NCBI GenBank assembly: GCA_018653365.1
Contig: JABIAG010000001.1
Span: forward strand, 480,001 to 544,000
Source: Candidatus Woesearchaeota archaeon
GTDB taxonomy: Archaea > Nanobdellota > Nanobdellia > Woesearchaeales > JABIAG01
Direction of reading: 5' to 3'
Length of the DNA stretch: 64,000 nt
A model generated the notes under the pieces. That model did no database searches and was not told where the DNA came from. It saw only the letters and a list, made by a program, of their open reading frames with translations. Position numbers and translations under genes: made by a program. Of this stretch, positions 47,596-57,331 are shown one piece after another; positions within the stretch are counted from its first letter, which is position 1; each line of letters opens with the position of its first letter.

Positions 47596-48118
47596 AATTA
47601 ATTAATTCAATACTATACTGAAGATTTGCCTTTCTATCCTTTTGAACTTGCTCAAATAATTCTTCAATTTGTTCTGTTTGTAAAACAATCAATTCTTGCT
47701 TTTCTTCTAAAGAAATATCCAACGCATTAATCTTATCAATTTGTTGTTGAATAACCTGATTCTTAGCATCAACAATAGAGGTAGATTCTAATAATTTATC
47801 AATCTCTTCTCGAGATAGTTCTGTTGCTCTTCCCTCAGTAGTTCTATTCATTGAAAACAAACCTAGTGAAGCAACAATAACAGCTAAAATTATGATTACT
47901 GTAATAACAGACTTCATTGGAAAACCAAAATTCTTAGAACGATACTCCTTAGTTTTGGGACGTCTAACTTTAGTATGGGTTTTCATCCCACCAGAATTAA
48001 TTAAAGCCCTATTAATTATAAACTCCTGATGTCCTGCCTTTTTCAACGAACTACGAATATATTCATCACTAAATCCTTTAGATCTACACAACTTAATGTA
48101 CGAGAGTAATTTATCCAT
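47579..48118 (-). CDS. single-TM protein with coiled-coil C-terminus
   Basis: L..YI......G.S...I...L...G N-terminal motif, then TM and coiled coil. Confidence 0.65.
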   Translation of the reverse strand: MDKLLSYIKLCRSKGFSDEYIRSSLKKAGHQEFIINRALINSGGMKTHTKVRRPKTKEYRSKNFGFPMKSVITVIIILAVIVASLGLFSMNRTTEGRATELSREEIDKLLESTSIVDAKNQVIQQQIDKINALDISLEEKQELIVLQTEQIEELFEQVQKDRKANLQYSIELINSILNR

Positions 48119-48141
48119 AGTTTATTTTTGTATAACTTGTA

Positions 48142-48215
48142 TTTAAATGTATCTGTGTTTTTAGATACATTTAAGTTCAGAACGTAGTGATGTTGTTTAA
48201 ATGTATCTGTGTTTT
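48142..48215. repeat. 20-bp direct repeat with embedded 12-bp inverted repeat
   Basis: TTTAAATGTATCTGTGTTTT at 48142 and 48196; AGATACATTTAA at 48163-48174. Confidence 0.8.
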
Positions 48216-48222
48216 ATTAAGA

Positions 48223-48702
48223 TTATTGTGTTATGTAATTATCTGGATTCTCAAAAAAACTAACTAGCACGTCAAGTATTTGTGATGCTATACTAAAGTT
48301 TTCAATTACTGACTGAGAAACCGGACTTGAAAATTTAACTCCTACGCGATCATTTGCTGCCCAGGTTTCAAGTTGAGCATAACTTTCCAACTCTGCAACT
48401 TTTTGACGTGTTGTAGGGGTTCTAACGCGATCATAAAATTCAAAAGCCACTTCTCCCATGCGAGGAACGTGCTCTCGCAAACAAAAACCCAGGTTAAACA
48501 TTTGTTGGGTAAGGACCTCTCGCCTTAGCGGAATGTTTTTTTCAAGGCGTATTGCTGGCTGAAAATCACGACATAAATAATTAACTTCAGCATTATCATT
48601 ATTGTACCCTGTAATCTCTCTGTCCCGTCCGTTAATTCTCATAACCTGCATTTTTAGAGGGAATCTAATTTGTTTTAAAAAGATTTCTTGAAAACGAACC
48701 AT
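48223..48702 (-). CDS. hypothetical protein
   Basis: ORF only; true start is probably downstream of 48702. Confidence 0.55.
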   Translation of the reverse strand: MVRFQEIFLKQIRFPLKMQVMRINGRDREITGYNNDNAEVNYLCRDFQPAIRLEKNIPLRREVLTQQMFNLGFCLREHVPRMGEVAFEFYDRVRTPTTRQKVAELESYAQLETWAANDRVGVKFSSPVSQSVIENFSIASQILDVLVSFFENPDNYITQ

Positions 48703-48730
48703 TTAAATAGGTAAAGTTCTGAGGAATAAC

Positions 48731-49279
48731 ATGGCACAACACAAAAATCAAAGAGTAGCAGTCTTCGTAGACGTACAAAACATGTACTATTCAGCAAAAC
48801 AATTATACAAGTCTAAAGTTAACTTTGCAAAAATATTATCTGATGGTGTAGCAGGAAGACAACTAGTAAGAGCTTTCGCATACGCAATTTCAGCAGATGT
48901 TGGTAAAGAAGAAGAATTTCACGAAGCACTATCAAGAATAGGATATGAAGTAAAACTAAAAGACCTACAAATATTCTACGGCGGAGCTAAAAAGGGAGAT
49001 TGGGATGTTGGCATAGCAATGGACGTCCTAAAAATGGCAAACAAAGTAGACGTAATCATACTAGTTTCTGGAGATGGAGATTTTAAAGAATTACTAGAAT
49101 ACGTAAAACATCAAGGATGTAGAACCGAAGTAATGGCGTTTGATAAAACAGCATCTTCAAAAATAAAAACCGAAGCAGGACAATTCACAGATTTAGGAAG
49201 CTCAAAAAAATATTTAATACCTAATAGAACAGTGGTTAAACAAAATGGAAAACCTAACCCCGGGAAAATTCAAAAGTAA
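48731..49279 (+). CDS. NYN (LabA/DUF88) domain protein
   Basis: VFVDVQN, K.DWDV and LVSGDGDF motifs. Confidence 0.92.
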   Translation: MAQHKNQRVAVFVDVQNMYYSAKQLYKSKVNFAKILSDGVAGRQLVRAFAYAISADVGKEEEFHEALSRIGYEVKLKDLQIFYGGAKKGDWDVGIAMDVLKMANKVDVIILVSGDGDFKELLEYVKHQGCRTEVMAFDKTASSKIKTEAGQFTDLGSSKKYLIPNRTVVKQNGKPNPGKIQK

Positions 49280-49559
49280 AATAAAAACTGGAAGCACAGT
49301 AGTTGAGTTCTGGGCAGAGTGGTGTCGCCCATGTAAACAAATGTCTAAAGTATTTGACGAACTAGAAAAAAAGTTTGCAAAAAAAGTGAAATTTGGACGA
49401 GTAAACGTAGACACACATTCTAAACTCGCATCAGAACAAGTAATAGTATCAATACCCACATTTATCCTCTACAAAAGCGGAAAAGAGGTAGAAAGATTAG
49501 TGGGAATTGTTCCAAAAGAAGTTCTAGAAAACGAAATAACTGAACGAATAAAAAAATGA
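49245..49559 (+). CDS. trxA: thioredoxin
   Basis: FWAEWCRPC and SIPT motifs. Confidence 0.92.
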   Translation: MENLTPGKFKSKIKTGSTVVEFWAEWCRPCKQMSKVFDELEKKFAKKVKFGRVNVDTHSKLASEQVIVSIPTFILYKSGKEVERLVGIVPKEVLENEITERIKK

Positions 49560-50173
49560 AAATATTTGTTAACTTTAAAACATATAAGCAAGGAAGTGGA
49601 TTGAACGCTCTTAAATTAATGAGAAAACTTCAGAAAGCAAAGACAGATGTTACTTTCTGTTTACAACCTGGAGATGTACATCTAAGTAATAAAGTGCGTA
49701 AACCAGTATGGGCACAACATGTAGATGCAGTAAAGTGCGGACAATCTACCGGATGGATACTGCCTGAAAATATGAAACAAAATGGGGCGTCTGGAGTGTT
49801 AATAAACCATTCTGAACACAAAGCTAAAGATATTGGAAAAATCGTTGCTAGATGTAAAGAAGCTGCATTACAAACGATGATATTAGTACCCACTGCATCA
49901 GAAGTTCTAAAAGTTAAAAAATTCAATCCAGATTACATAGGAGTAGAACCTCCAGAATTTATTGGAAGTAAAACACATTCAGTAACATCAAAACCAAACA
50001 TAATATCACATGCAGTAAAGAACGCAGGTATGATTCCATTAATAGTTGGAGCAGGAATAAAATCAGAACATGATATTATTGTTGCCAAAACTCTTGGTGC
50101 AAAAGGAGTACTAGTAGCATCAGCAATTGTTAAATCTACAAGACCTTTGGAAGCGCTGAAGAAACTTTACTGA
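49556..50173 (+). CDS. tpiA: archaeal-type triosephosphate isomerase
   Basis: NFKTY, NHSE, EPPE.IG and GAGI motifs. Confidence 0.93.
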   Translation: MKIFVNFKTYKQGSGLNALKLMRKLQKAKTDVTFCLQPGDVHLSNKVRKPVWAQHVDAVKCGQSTGWILPENMKQNGASGVLINHSEHKAKDIGKIVARCKEAALQTMILVPTASEVLKVKKFNPDYIGVEPPEFIGSKTHSVTSKPNIISHAVKNAGMIPLIVGAGIKSEHDIIVAKTLGAKGVLVASAIVKSTRPLEALKKLY

Positions 50174-50850
50174 ACAATAACACTAAACGTAACAAAACCA
50201 TACGCATTTTCTAAATTACCATAATTAGCAGCATTACACTCATCAATAGCCATTCCTCCTGCAGTGGGTTTAGTAGTACATTCTACAGGGAAAGTATCCC
50301 CATCACCATTACAAACACACACATTATAGAAATACTGACCAATACCTGCATAGAATTCATTCTGTTTAGGTTGAACCCCGAAATTAATAGCCTTAACCTC
50401 ATTCTCTCTAATATTAAACTTTTGTGCAATAGAAAACCCTCCTAATGGATTAAATTCAGGGATTATGAGTGCCTCTCTTAACGCACCACTCTTACAGGCA
50501 TCAGTAGTACAAATCTCTGCACCACTCTTCTTAATGGCCTTATTAAAAGAAATAATCACATGAAATGATTCATTTCCTTGAGTAACAAAAGGATCATTCT
50601 TAACACCCAAATTAAAAATAGTTAGGTCTTTAGCTCTCCCCCCTTTAGTACTTGAAGGAATTTCAACAATTTTACCTGAAGAAAGCGCTTTCTCTAATTG
50701 ATCCTGAGTTTGTTGCGTAATTCCCGGTAAATGAGCATCAGCCGTGTTAACAACGTTAAATGCAATAGTAACACCTAATCCCAGAATAACCAATGAGATA
50801 ATAATGATTACAACCTGATTAATCGCAATAGATATCCCTTTATTATTCAT
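50167..50850 (-). CDS. class III signal peptide (type IV pilin-like) protein
   Basis: MNNKG followed by a hydrophobic stretch. Confidence 0.7.
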   Translation of the reverse strand: MNNKGISIAINQVVIIIISLVILGLGVTIAFNVVNTADAHLPGITQQTQDQLEKALSSGKIVEIPSSTKGGRAKDLTIFNLGVKNDPFVTQGNESFHVIISFNKAIKKSGAEICTTDACKSGALREALIIPEFNPLGGFSIAQKFNIRENEVKAINFGVQPKQNEFYAGIGQYFYNVCVCNGDGDTFPVECTTKPTAGGMAIDECNAANYGNLENAYGFVTFSVIVQ

Positions 50851-50884
50851 AATAATTTATTATGCGGGTAGTATTTAAATTTTG

Positions 50885-51895
50885 TTAAAAAAGTCTAGTA
50901 TATGAAATATGAAATCTTACTTCTGTTTGGTATGCATCATGTTCATCGGAGTTATCAGAATCTTCAGGGAATCTTCCACCTGTAACTCGCATAGAAAATG
51001 CACTTTTGCCCTTGTTTTCACGAGAAAGACTAACTCCCCCAAAACATGTTCTATCACCATTTAACGGTATTCTTGAATTTGCTCTGAGATACCATTGTTC
51101 GCTTAAAGCCTCTTCAAGACTCATGCAAAGAAATGTGTCGGAGTTTTCTTGGGTTTGTTCAACAGTAAGTTCATCCCATTCAACTTTCAACATATTAAAA
51201 CTTCTTAAACGACCATAAACTACTGCCTCAAAACCATCAGTTCTAGGTTTAAATTTGATTCCGCCCTTAATCGAATAGGTTTTACCAAATTCTCCATCCT
51301 CTCGCGAATATCTTGTAGCGGTTTCGTCTGCTAAAGCATCCTCTCTTGCTTTTTCAGCAAGAGTGGGAGGTAGTTTATCGGGATTCACTTCAGGTTTTCC
51401 TTCCTCACCAAACATCTCTATTTCCCACTTAAATAAACTACCAATATCTCTAATTAAATCACCAGTTTCTAAATCAACTCTCATTCCAGGAAGAGCATCT
51501 TCAGCCCAATCCTTAACTAAGTTCTCTGCATCTTCTTCATCTTGTCTTAAAAATAAGTCATCCCGAGGATGATATCCTGGTTGAGTTCTATTCCAAATTT
51601 CAGATTGGAGAATTAAAACACGACCATCAACACGATCATAAGATTCTTGAACCTGAAGGTGGAACTCACGTTCAAAAGCAGCAGGTAGTTCTGGAATATC
51701 CGCAGAAAGAGTTTCAGGTAAACGATTAAGATTAAACCACAACCGTTTAAATCTTTCACTCATACTTAAATTATCACGATCCTCAAGAACATATGCTGGA
51801 ACTTTATCTTTTGGCTCAACCGTTTCTTGTGCAGTAGCACACGCTCCAACTAGAGCAGCACCAGCCAACATCCATCTTAGTTTTGGTCTAAACAT
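50885..51895 (-). CDS. putative lipoprotein with beta-rich C-terminal half
   Basis: LVGA-C lipobox; alternating beta pattern ending ISYTRLF. Confidence 0.55.
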   Translation of the reverse strand: MFRPKLRWMLAGAALVGACATAQETVEPKDKVPAYVLEDRDNLSMSERFKRLWFNLNRLPETLSADIPELPAAFEREFHLQVQESYDRVDGRVLILQSEIWNRTQPGYHPRDDLFLRQDEEDAENLVKDWAEDALPGMRVDLETGDLIRDIGSLFKWEIEMFGEEGKPEVNPDKLPPTLAEKAREDALADETATRYSREDGEFGKTYSIKGGIKFKPRTDGFEAVVYGRLRSFNMLKVEWDELTVEQTQENSDTFLCMSLEEALSEQWYLRANSRIPLNGDRTCFGGVSLSRENKGKSAFSMRVTGGRFPEDSDNSDEHDAYQTEVRFHISYTRLF

Positions 51896-51986
51896 TACTA
51901 TCTGAGAAATAATAATGATAATACTACTATAAAAACATTTGTATTATAAAAATTATAAAGAAAAAAGAAAAAAAATTAAGTAGAAT

Positions 51987-52763
51987 TTATTCGACTTCAA
52001 TAAAAACAGTTCTACTAACGTCGTCACTAAACTTCAAATTACAAGCATACTTGCCTGGAATTGTAGAGCCATTGATTTTTAATCGAGCAGGAATACTTTT
52101 AGTATCTCCTGGAGCAACACTACCAACTGCAGTTTGTAAGTCATAAGTAAATCCTGAAGGAGAACAGGTTAACAAATCACTACTTCCAGATTCACAATTA
52201 GTGCCTGTAGTCCAGGTACAACTTCTATAGTTTTCACAAAATGCTTTTTTATCTGCGTTATCTAAATTAGCCCATGTTTCGGCTGCCGCAGCATTAGTGT
52301 CTTTCGTATTAGGAAGTGCGATGTCTTCACATTTAGTAAGATTAGATTGTCCACCAGTACAAGGAGTTAATTGAAATGACAAACTTGGAATTGTAACTGC
52401 AGTAGCCCCATTAGTACAAAGAAAGTCTGCATCACAATCATCGTTTTGTCCAGTATACATATCACTACATGCAGCACCAGTAAAAGCACCACTAGTACTA
52501 ATAGTAGTGGCTGAAGGATTATATATTTTAAGTTCCATAAGAGTCTCAGTTTTCTTACTTAATTGTAAGGTATTTCTTCCACCAGGAAGAGTAATTGGTT
52601 GAGATGATGTTGGTTCTGGGGTTTCTTCATTAATAGTTAGTTGAGAAGAAACATCTCTAAATTTACTGACAGCAAATCCAATAACTAGACCTAATACTGC
52701 CAGAGCAATAATTAGAATTACAATAGCATTAACAGAAAGTTCTAAAGCACCTTTTTTATTCAT
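51987..52763 (-). CDS. class III signal peptide pilin-like protein with Cys-rich insert
   Basis: MNKKG|ALELSVNAIVILII; GAGGTG RBS. Confidence 0.8.
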   Translation of the reverse strand: MNKKGALELSVNAIVILIIALAVLGLVIGFAVSKFRDVSSQLTINEETPEPTSSQPITLPGGRNTLQLSKKTETLMELKIYNPSATTISTSGAFTGAACSDMYTGQNDDCDADFLCTNGATAVTIPSLSFQLTPCTGGQSNLTKCEDIALPNTKDTNAAAAETWANLDNADKKAFCENYRSCTWTTGTNCESGSSDLLTCSPSGFTYDLQTAVGSVAPGDTKSIPARLKINGSTIPGKYACNLKFSDDVSRTVFIEVE

Positions 52764-52890
52764 TGTACACACCTCGTAAATATGTTAAGAATAAAATTGT
52801 AGTGCTGCTATATAAATATATTGGTTTAAAGAAAAAATGCTCAAAAATCTTTTTGATTTTTGGCACCCATAAATGGGAAAAATAAAAAAA

Positions 52891-53130
52891 TTATTTAACT
52901 TTTTTAATTTCGTAGCCCTTAACAATTATACGAACTAACAATAGTAATAATACTATTCCACCAATCATCCAAAGGATGCCAGCAAAAACATCATAAACTA
53001 TTGCTGCTTTGTAAACCCCATAAATCATGAGTACAAAACCAATCCATAAAAATTTGTTAAGTACAAGTTTGAAAACCTCAAACTCTTGAGCGGCATTTAA
53101 CTTCCTCTTTTTTTTGCCTCTTTTAAACAT
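52891..53130 (-). CDS. small 2-TM membrane protein
   Basis: Hydropathy; GGTGA RBS. Confidence 0.7.
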   Translation of the reverse strand: MFKRGKKKRKLNAAQEFEVFKLVLNKFLWIGFVLMIYGVYKAAIVYDVFAGILWMIGGIVLLLLLVRIIVKGYEIKKVK

Positions 53131-53142
53131 TATTTCACCCCT

Positions 53143-53640
53143 TTATTTAATATCAACAAATACTGTGTCAGTTATAGTTCCATTAACTGAATTGCTCATT
53201 ACAACTTGTCCAATTTGCATTGTACATGACCTTTGACCGGTTGCTTCTGTACCTTCAACTTCAACTCTAACTGGCAGTTCTTTAACAGTACCTGCAGCAA
53301 TAGTCATAGCTGGTGCAGTAAAAGTACCACTTGCTAAATTACTTGGTGCACAAGTAAAACTTATTGCAGAAGCATTGACATCATCGACTCCAGCATTATA
53401 AACACTAATAGCCATTGTTCTAACCTTATTCTTTTCTAAAGACAAAGTACTAACGCCACCAGGTAAAACAATCGGTTGAGAAGCAGTAGCTTCTGGAGTT
53501 TCCTCTGTAGTACCAATTTGGCCAGAAACATCCCTAAATTTACTAACAGCAAAACCAATTACTAATCCCAAAATAGCTAGAGCAATAATTAAAATAACAA
53601 TAGCATTAACAGAAAGTTCTAAGCTCCCTTTTTTATTCAT
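53143..53640 (-). CDS. class III signal peptide pilin-like protein
   Basis: MNKKG|SLELSVNAIVILII; paralogue of 51987-52763. Confidence 0.8.
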   Translation of the reverse strand: MNKKGSLELSVNAIVILIIALAILGLVIGFAVSKFRDVSGQIGTTEETPEATASQPIVLPGGVSTLSLEKNKVRTMAISVYNAGVDDVNASAISFTCAPSNLASGTFTAPAMTIAAGTVKELPVRVEVEGTEATGQRSCTMQIGQVVMSNSVNGTITDTVFVDIK

Positions 53641-53773
53641 TATATCCACCTCTCATGTTTAATAGTTCAAACTTGATACTCCATAATTAGAGAAATAATA
53701 TATAAATGTTTCGTTATAGTCAGAGCATAAGAAAGAGTAAACTTTATAAACCGGATCTAAGTTTTGCTTTATT

Positions 53774-54406
53774 ATGGCAAAAACAAGGAAGTTTTCAGCA
53801 TACAGAAGTTTAGACAAACCATATACTCGTACTTCAAAGTATCGGGCTAAATCTTATATTCGTATGACAAAAAATCCTCGAATTGTAAGATGGCACATGG
53901 GAAGTCCACAAAAAAAATATGCTTACGTTTACAAATTAATTTCTAAAGAAGCACTACAAATAAGAGATTTAGCAATAGAGAGTTGTAGAACAGTAGTTAA
54001 TAGACATTTAGAAAAATATATTGGAAAAGAAAATTACTATTTACACTTAAGACTATATCCTCATCACATAATTAGAGAACACGCACTAGCTTCTGGAGCA
54101 GGAGCAGATAGAATGTCCTCAGGAATGGCACGACCATTTGGAAAACCAGTACACATTGCTGCACAACTAAAAAAACCCGGACAAACCTTATTTGAGGTAT
54201 TTGTTAATAAATCAGGATTGGCTGAAGCAAAAAAAGCAATGAACAAAGGTAAAACAAAATTACCTGGAACTTACACAATCCAATTCGAAAAAGTAGAAGT
54301 AAAAGAAGTTACTGTTAAAGCAGCAAACAAAATCAAAGTACAAAAAGCTGTTGAAGAAAAAGCACAGGCTGTAAAAGCAGCAAAAAAAACTATTGCGGCT
54401 GAATAA
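53774..54406 (+). CDS. rpl10e: 50S ribosomal protein L10e (uL16)
   Basis: YPHHIIREH....GAGADRMSSGM..PFGKP. Confidence 0.95.
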   Translation: MAKTRKFSAYRSLDKPYTRTSKYRAKSYIRMTKNPRIVRWHMGSPQKKYAYVYKLISKEALQIRDLAIESCRTVVNRHLEKYIGKENYYLHLRLYPHHIIREHALASGAGADRMSSGMARPFGKPVHIAAQLKKPGQTLFEVFVNKSGLAEAKKAMNKGKTKLPGTYTIQFEKVEVKEVTVKAANKIKVQKAVEEKAQAVKAAKKTIAAE

Positions 54407-55289
54407 GTTCTAATTCCTTTTTTAATTCCACCAAACTTAATGGTTTATATTTTTTAAATTCACTAACATCTTCTTGAACATCGGTCTTACTAACATATAC
54501 TAAAACGGGTTTGTCTAATTTTTTAATTTTATTGTATAATGTTATTTGCTTTCCTAATTCTAAAGTTGGATCAAAAACAAATACAAAAGAGTTAGCTAAA
54601 TACTTAATTGCTAACTCAGAAACTAGTTCGATTTTATTTGAAACCTCACGATTTAGGGTTCCAGGAGTATCTAATAATTGAATGTTTTCCATGTAAGAAA
54701 TGTTAATCCCCTTAGTTGTAAACGCATAAGGTTTAATATCTGGTTTACTCCCTGTTAACTTGAACAATAACGTTGTTTTACCCACATTTGGAAATCCAAT
54801 AATACACACAGTGTTCATTGCGGTCTTAATCGTTGGAAACTGAGAAAAAACCTTTCTAGATGCCTCTAAAATAGTTAGATTATCTTTAATTTGTTTGACA
54901 ATAGAATTGATTCTGCCGTAAAATTCAGTTCTTAAAGAATTCAAACGTTTAGGTTCATCCGCATGAGTTTTTTTAAGTTTAATGGAGTATTGTTTGTGAA
55001 AAAAAGTTACTTTCTTTAATGCCCACGCCACACCACCTAAAGACTTCTTAATGTCTGCATATTCTAGTGTTTGTTTGAACAATTCCTTATAAAATGGATC
55101 TAATTCATCAATGTTGGGATAGGTATTCATAATTTTTATTAGACGTGCAATAACATACTCTTTAACCAAATCAATCTTATTTAGTTGTCGATCTTTTTGA
55201 TTCCTAGAATTAATCTTTTGAGCACGCTTAAAAGCAGTATCAATAAATACCTTATAATTCTCTATAGGTGGAACGTCTTTGAAAGCCAT
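54390..55289 (-). CDS. NOG1-family GTPase
   Basis: GFPNVGKT, YAFTT and DTPG motifs with NOG1 helical N-terminus. Confidence 0.92.
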   Translation of the reverse strand: MAFKDVPPIENYKVFIDTAFKRAQKINSRNQKDRQLNKIDLVKEYVIARLIKIMNTYPNIDELDPFYKELFKQTLEYADIKKSLGGVAWALKKVTFFHKQYSIKLKKTHADEPKRLNSLRTEFYGRINSIVKQIKDNLTILEASRKVFSQFPTIKTAMNTVCIIGFPNVGKTTLLFKLTGSKPDIKPYAFTTKGINISYMENIQLLDTPGTLNREVSNKIELVSELAIKYLANSFVFVFDPTLELGKQITLYNKIKKLDKPVLVYVSKTDVQEDVSEFKKYKPLSLVELKKELELIQPQ

Positions 55290-55323
55290 GAGCGTAAGAA
55301 AATGAATTGCTTAATTAATGTTC

Positions 55324-55674
55324 TTATTGTTTTCTTGAAGTGTTTGGAGTATACGGTCTTCTCTGTAAAGTTCCTCGTATTTCGTCTGCGAGAGATACTC
55401 CTGCAGCATGTCGTACTTCACAAGAATATTGAGGGACAGAACTAGGTGTTCTTAAAGTAGAGGCCCTTCGATGATCACCTCTTGCTTGTCTGATTTCATC
55501 CCCTAAACTTATGCCCGCTGCTTGTCTTAATGCACAGGCATATATTGGTTTTGTTGTTTGCGGGGGCGGGTTAGTTGAAGAGGGATTTGAAAACTCTCTT
55601 GCGGATTGAGGTCTAGGTTGAACTGTTTGTGGGGGTACATTCCTATTTACTAAACGTTTTAACCATGCTTTCAT
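55324..55674 (-). CDS. small protein with duplicated 18-aa motif
   Basis: YACALRQAAGISLGDEIR and YSCEVRHAAGVSLADEIR. Confidence 0.6.
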   Translation of the reverse strand: MKAWLKRLVNRNVPPQTVQPRPQSAREFSNPSSTNPPPQTTKPIYACALRQAAGISLGDEIRQARGDHRRASTLRTPSSVPQYSCEVRHAAGVSLADEIRGTLQRRPYTPNTSRKQ

Positions 55675-55837
55675 TTTAGTTCATCTCATTAAAATACTAA
55701 GATAATTTATGTTTTCCGTAACCATTTATAAAGCTAACTGATTTTTACCACCTAACTGAGACAATGACAATAAATGATTCTTTTACAACAATATTTAAAT
55801 AGGAATTCTTCAATAAACTTACTAGGAGGTAAAAAAT

Positions 55838-56074
55838 ATGGAAGAAGAAATGAAAATGACAGACGAACAGGATCTAGAAATTAAAGAGCCCGAAGAAAAC
55901 AAAGAAGAAGAGCTAAAACAACTAGAGACTGAAGGAATAGTAGAAAAAGAGCCAATTCACGTCGAAGAATTTGAACCAACACAAAAAGATGCTGAATCAG
56001 GATTTAAGAAATTTGTAATCGTTTCCATCATAATAATCATAATACTTTTAATACTATTAATTTTTATTAAGTGA
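55838..56074 (+). CDS. acidic tail-anchored small protein
   Basis: GGAGGT RBS; C-terminal TM; GTGA overlap with lgt. Confidence 0.7.
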   Translation: MEEEMKMTDEQDLEIKEPEENKEEELKQLETEGIVEKEPIHVEEFEPTQKDAESGFKKFVIVSIIIIIILLILLIFIK

Positions 56075-56835
56075 AAATGTTTACACATACCCTAAACCCA
56101 ATACTTTTACAAGTTGGGGCTCTGGAAATCAGATGGTACGGGCTAATGTATGTAATTGCATTTATTATAACATACTTCTTTATCTTAAAATTCTCGAAAA
56201 AATTCGGATTAGAACTAAGTAAAGACGACGTGGGCGATTTTGTGCTGTATTCTGTTGTGTTAATGGTTATATGTGCAAGACTCGTGGAAGTACTATTCTA
56301 TAATCCAAGTTATTACTTTTCTGACCTTTCTAAAATATTTGCAATATGGGAAGGAGGGTTAAGTTTTCATGGTGGACTATTAGGCATAGTATTAGCAGGA
56401 TGGTTATTCAGCAAGAAGAAAAAAATATCCTTCTTAAAATTAGCAGATCTAGTTAGTTTACCCGCAGTGTTAGGATTAATGTTAGGAAGACTAGGCAATT
56501 TCATAAATGGAGAATTAGTTGGAAGAATTACTTCAGTTCCGTGGTGTTTTAACTTCAGAGGATATGAAGGATGCAGACACCCCTCACAATTATACGAAGC
56601 AGGGAAAAATCTATTAATATTCTTAATACTATTTCCTATGACGGGAAAGAAAAAAGACGGATTTATATTCTTTTTATTTCTTATATTATATGCAGTTTTC
56701 AGGTCAATAATAGAACAATATTGGAGAATGCCTGCAAGATACATACTTGGTTTAACCGAAGGACAATTCTTAAACGTGTTTATACTAGTCATTGGACTAA
56801 TTGGAATGTGGTGGATACATAGAAAAACTATTTAG
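56071..56835 (+). CDS. lgt: prolipoprotein diacylglyceryl transferase
   Basis: IRWYG, EGGLSFHGG, GRLGNFINGE..GR and HPSQLYE motifs. Confidence 0.93.
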   Translation: MKMFTHTLNPILLQVGALEIRWYGLMYVIAFIITYFFILKFSKKFGLELSKDDVGDFVLYSVVLMVICARLVEVLFYNPSYYFSDLSKIFAIWEGGLSFHGGLLGIVLAGWLFSKKKKISFLKLADLVSLPAVLGLMLGRLGNFINGELVGRITSVPWCFNFRGYEGCRHPSQLYEAGKNLLIFLILFPMTGKKKDGFIFFLFLILYAVFRSIIEQYWRMPARYILGLTEGQFLNVFILVIGLIGMWWIHRKTI

Positions 56836-57247
56836 GCCAATTACCCATATCTGTATCAACAAAACCAGTTATTGCATGCTGTCTTTTACGCATATCTGGA
56901 AACCAAAACGGGTCTTCATTAGTATTTGTTGAACAAGCTTCAGTTAATGCGGTTTCAAACTCTAATTGAATTTCTTGAGATCTAGCAGGAGTGGGCCTGT
57001 ACTCAGTACACATAACATGATCTTTAAGTCCTGGATGTTTATCATCTACTGCAAGAGCAACCAAAGAGGGATGCCAATACGGTTCTTCATCCTGACCAAT
57101 TAAGGTCATTAACTTATTTTGAACAGGACAATTGCCAGTACTATAACAAGTTCCACAATAAGTACGAAAAAAAGGTTCAGACGTCTCACCTGTAAACTCT
57201 TGGTTGGGATGTCTTCTATAACCTGCCGGTAAATCTTCAGTATTCAT
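56828..57247 (-). CDS. hypothetical Cys-containing protein
   Basis: CGTC...C...C possible metal site. Confidence 0.55.
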   Translation of the reverse strand: MNTEDLPAGYRRHPNQEFTGETSEPFFRTYCGTCYSTGNCPVQNKLMTLIGQDEEPYWHPSLVALAVDDKHPGLKDHVMCTEYRPTPARSQEIQLEFETALTEACSTNTNEDPFWFPDMRKRQHAITGFVDTDMGNWPK

Positions 57248-57331
57248 GTTTGTTAAAGAACATAACTAATTTATAAAGGTAACTACTAAAGAACAACTAA
57301 GCTTTTAAAAAACAAGTAGTTAACACTCTTA

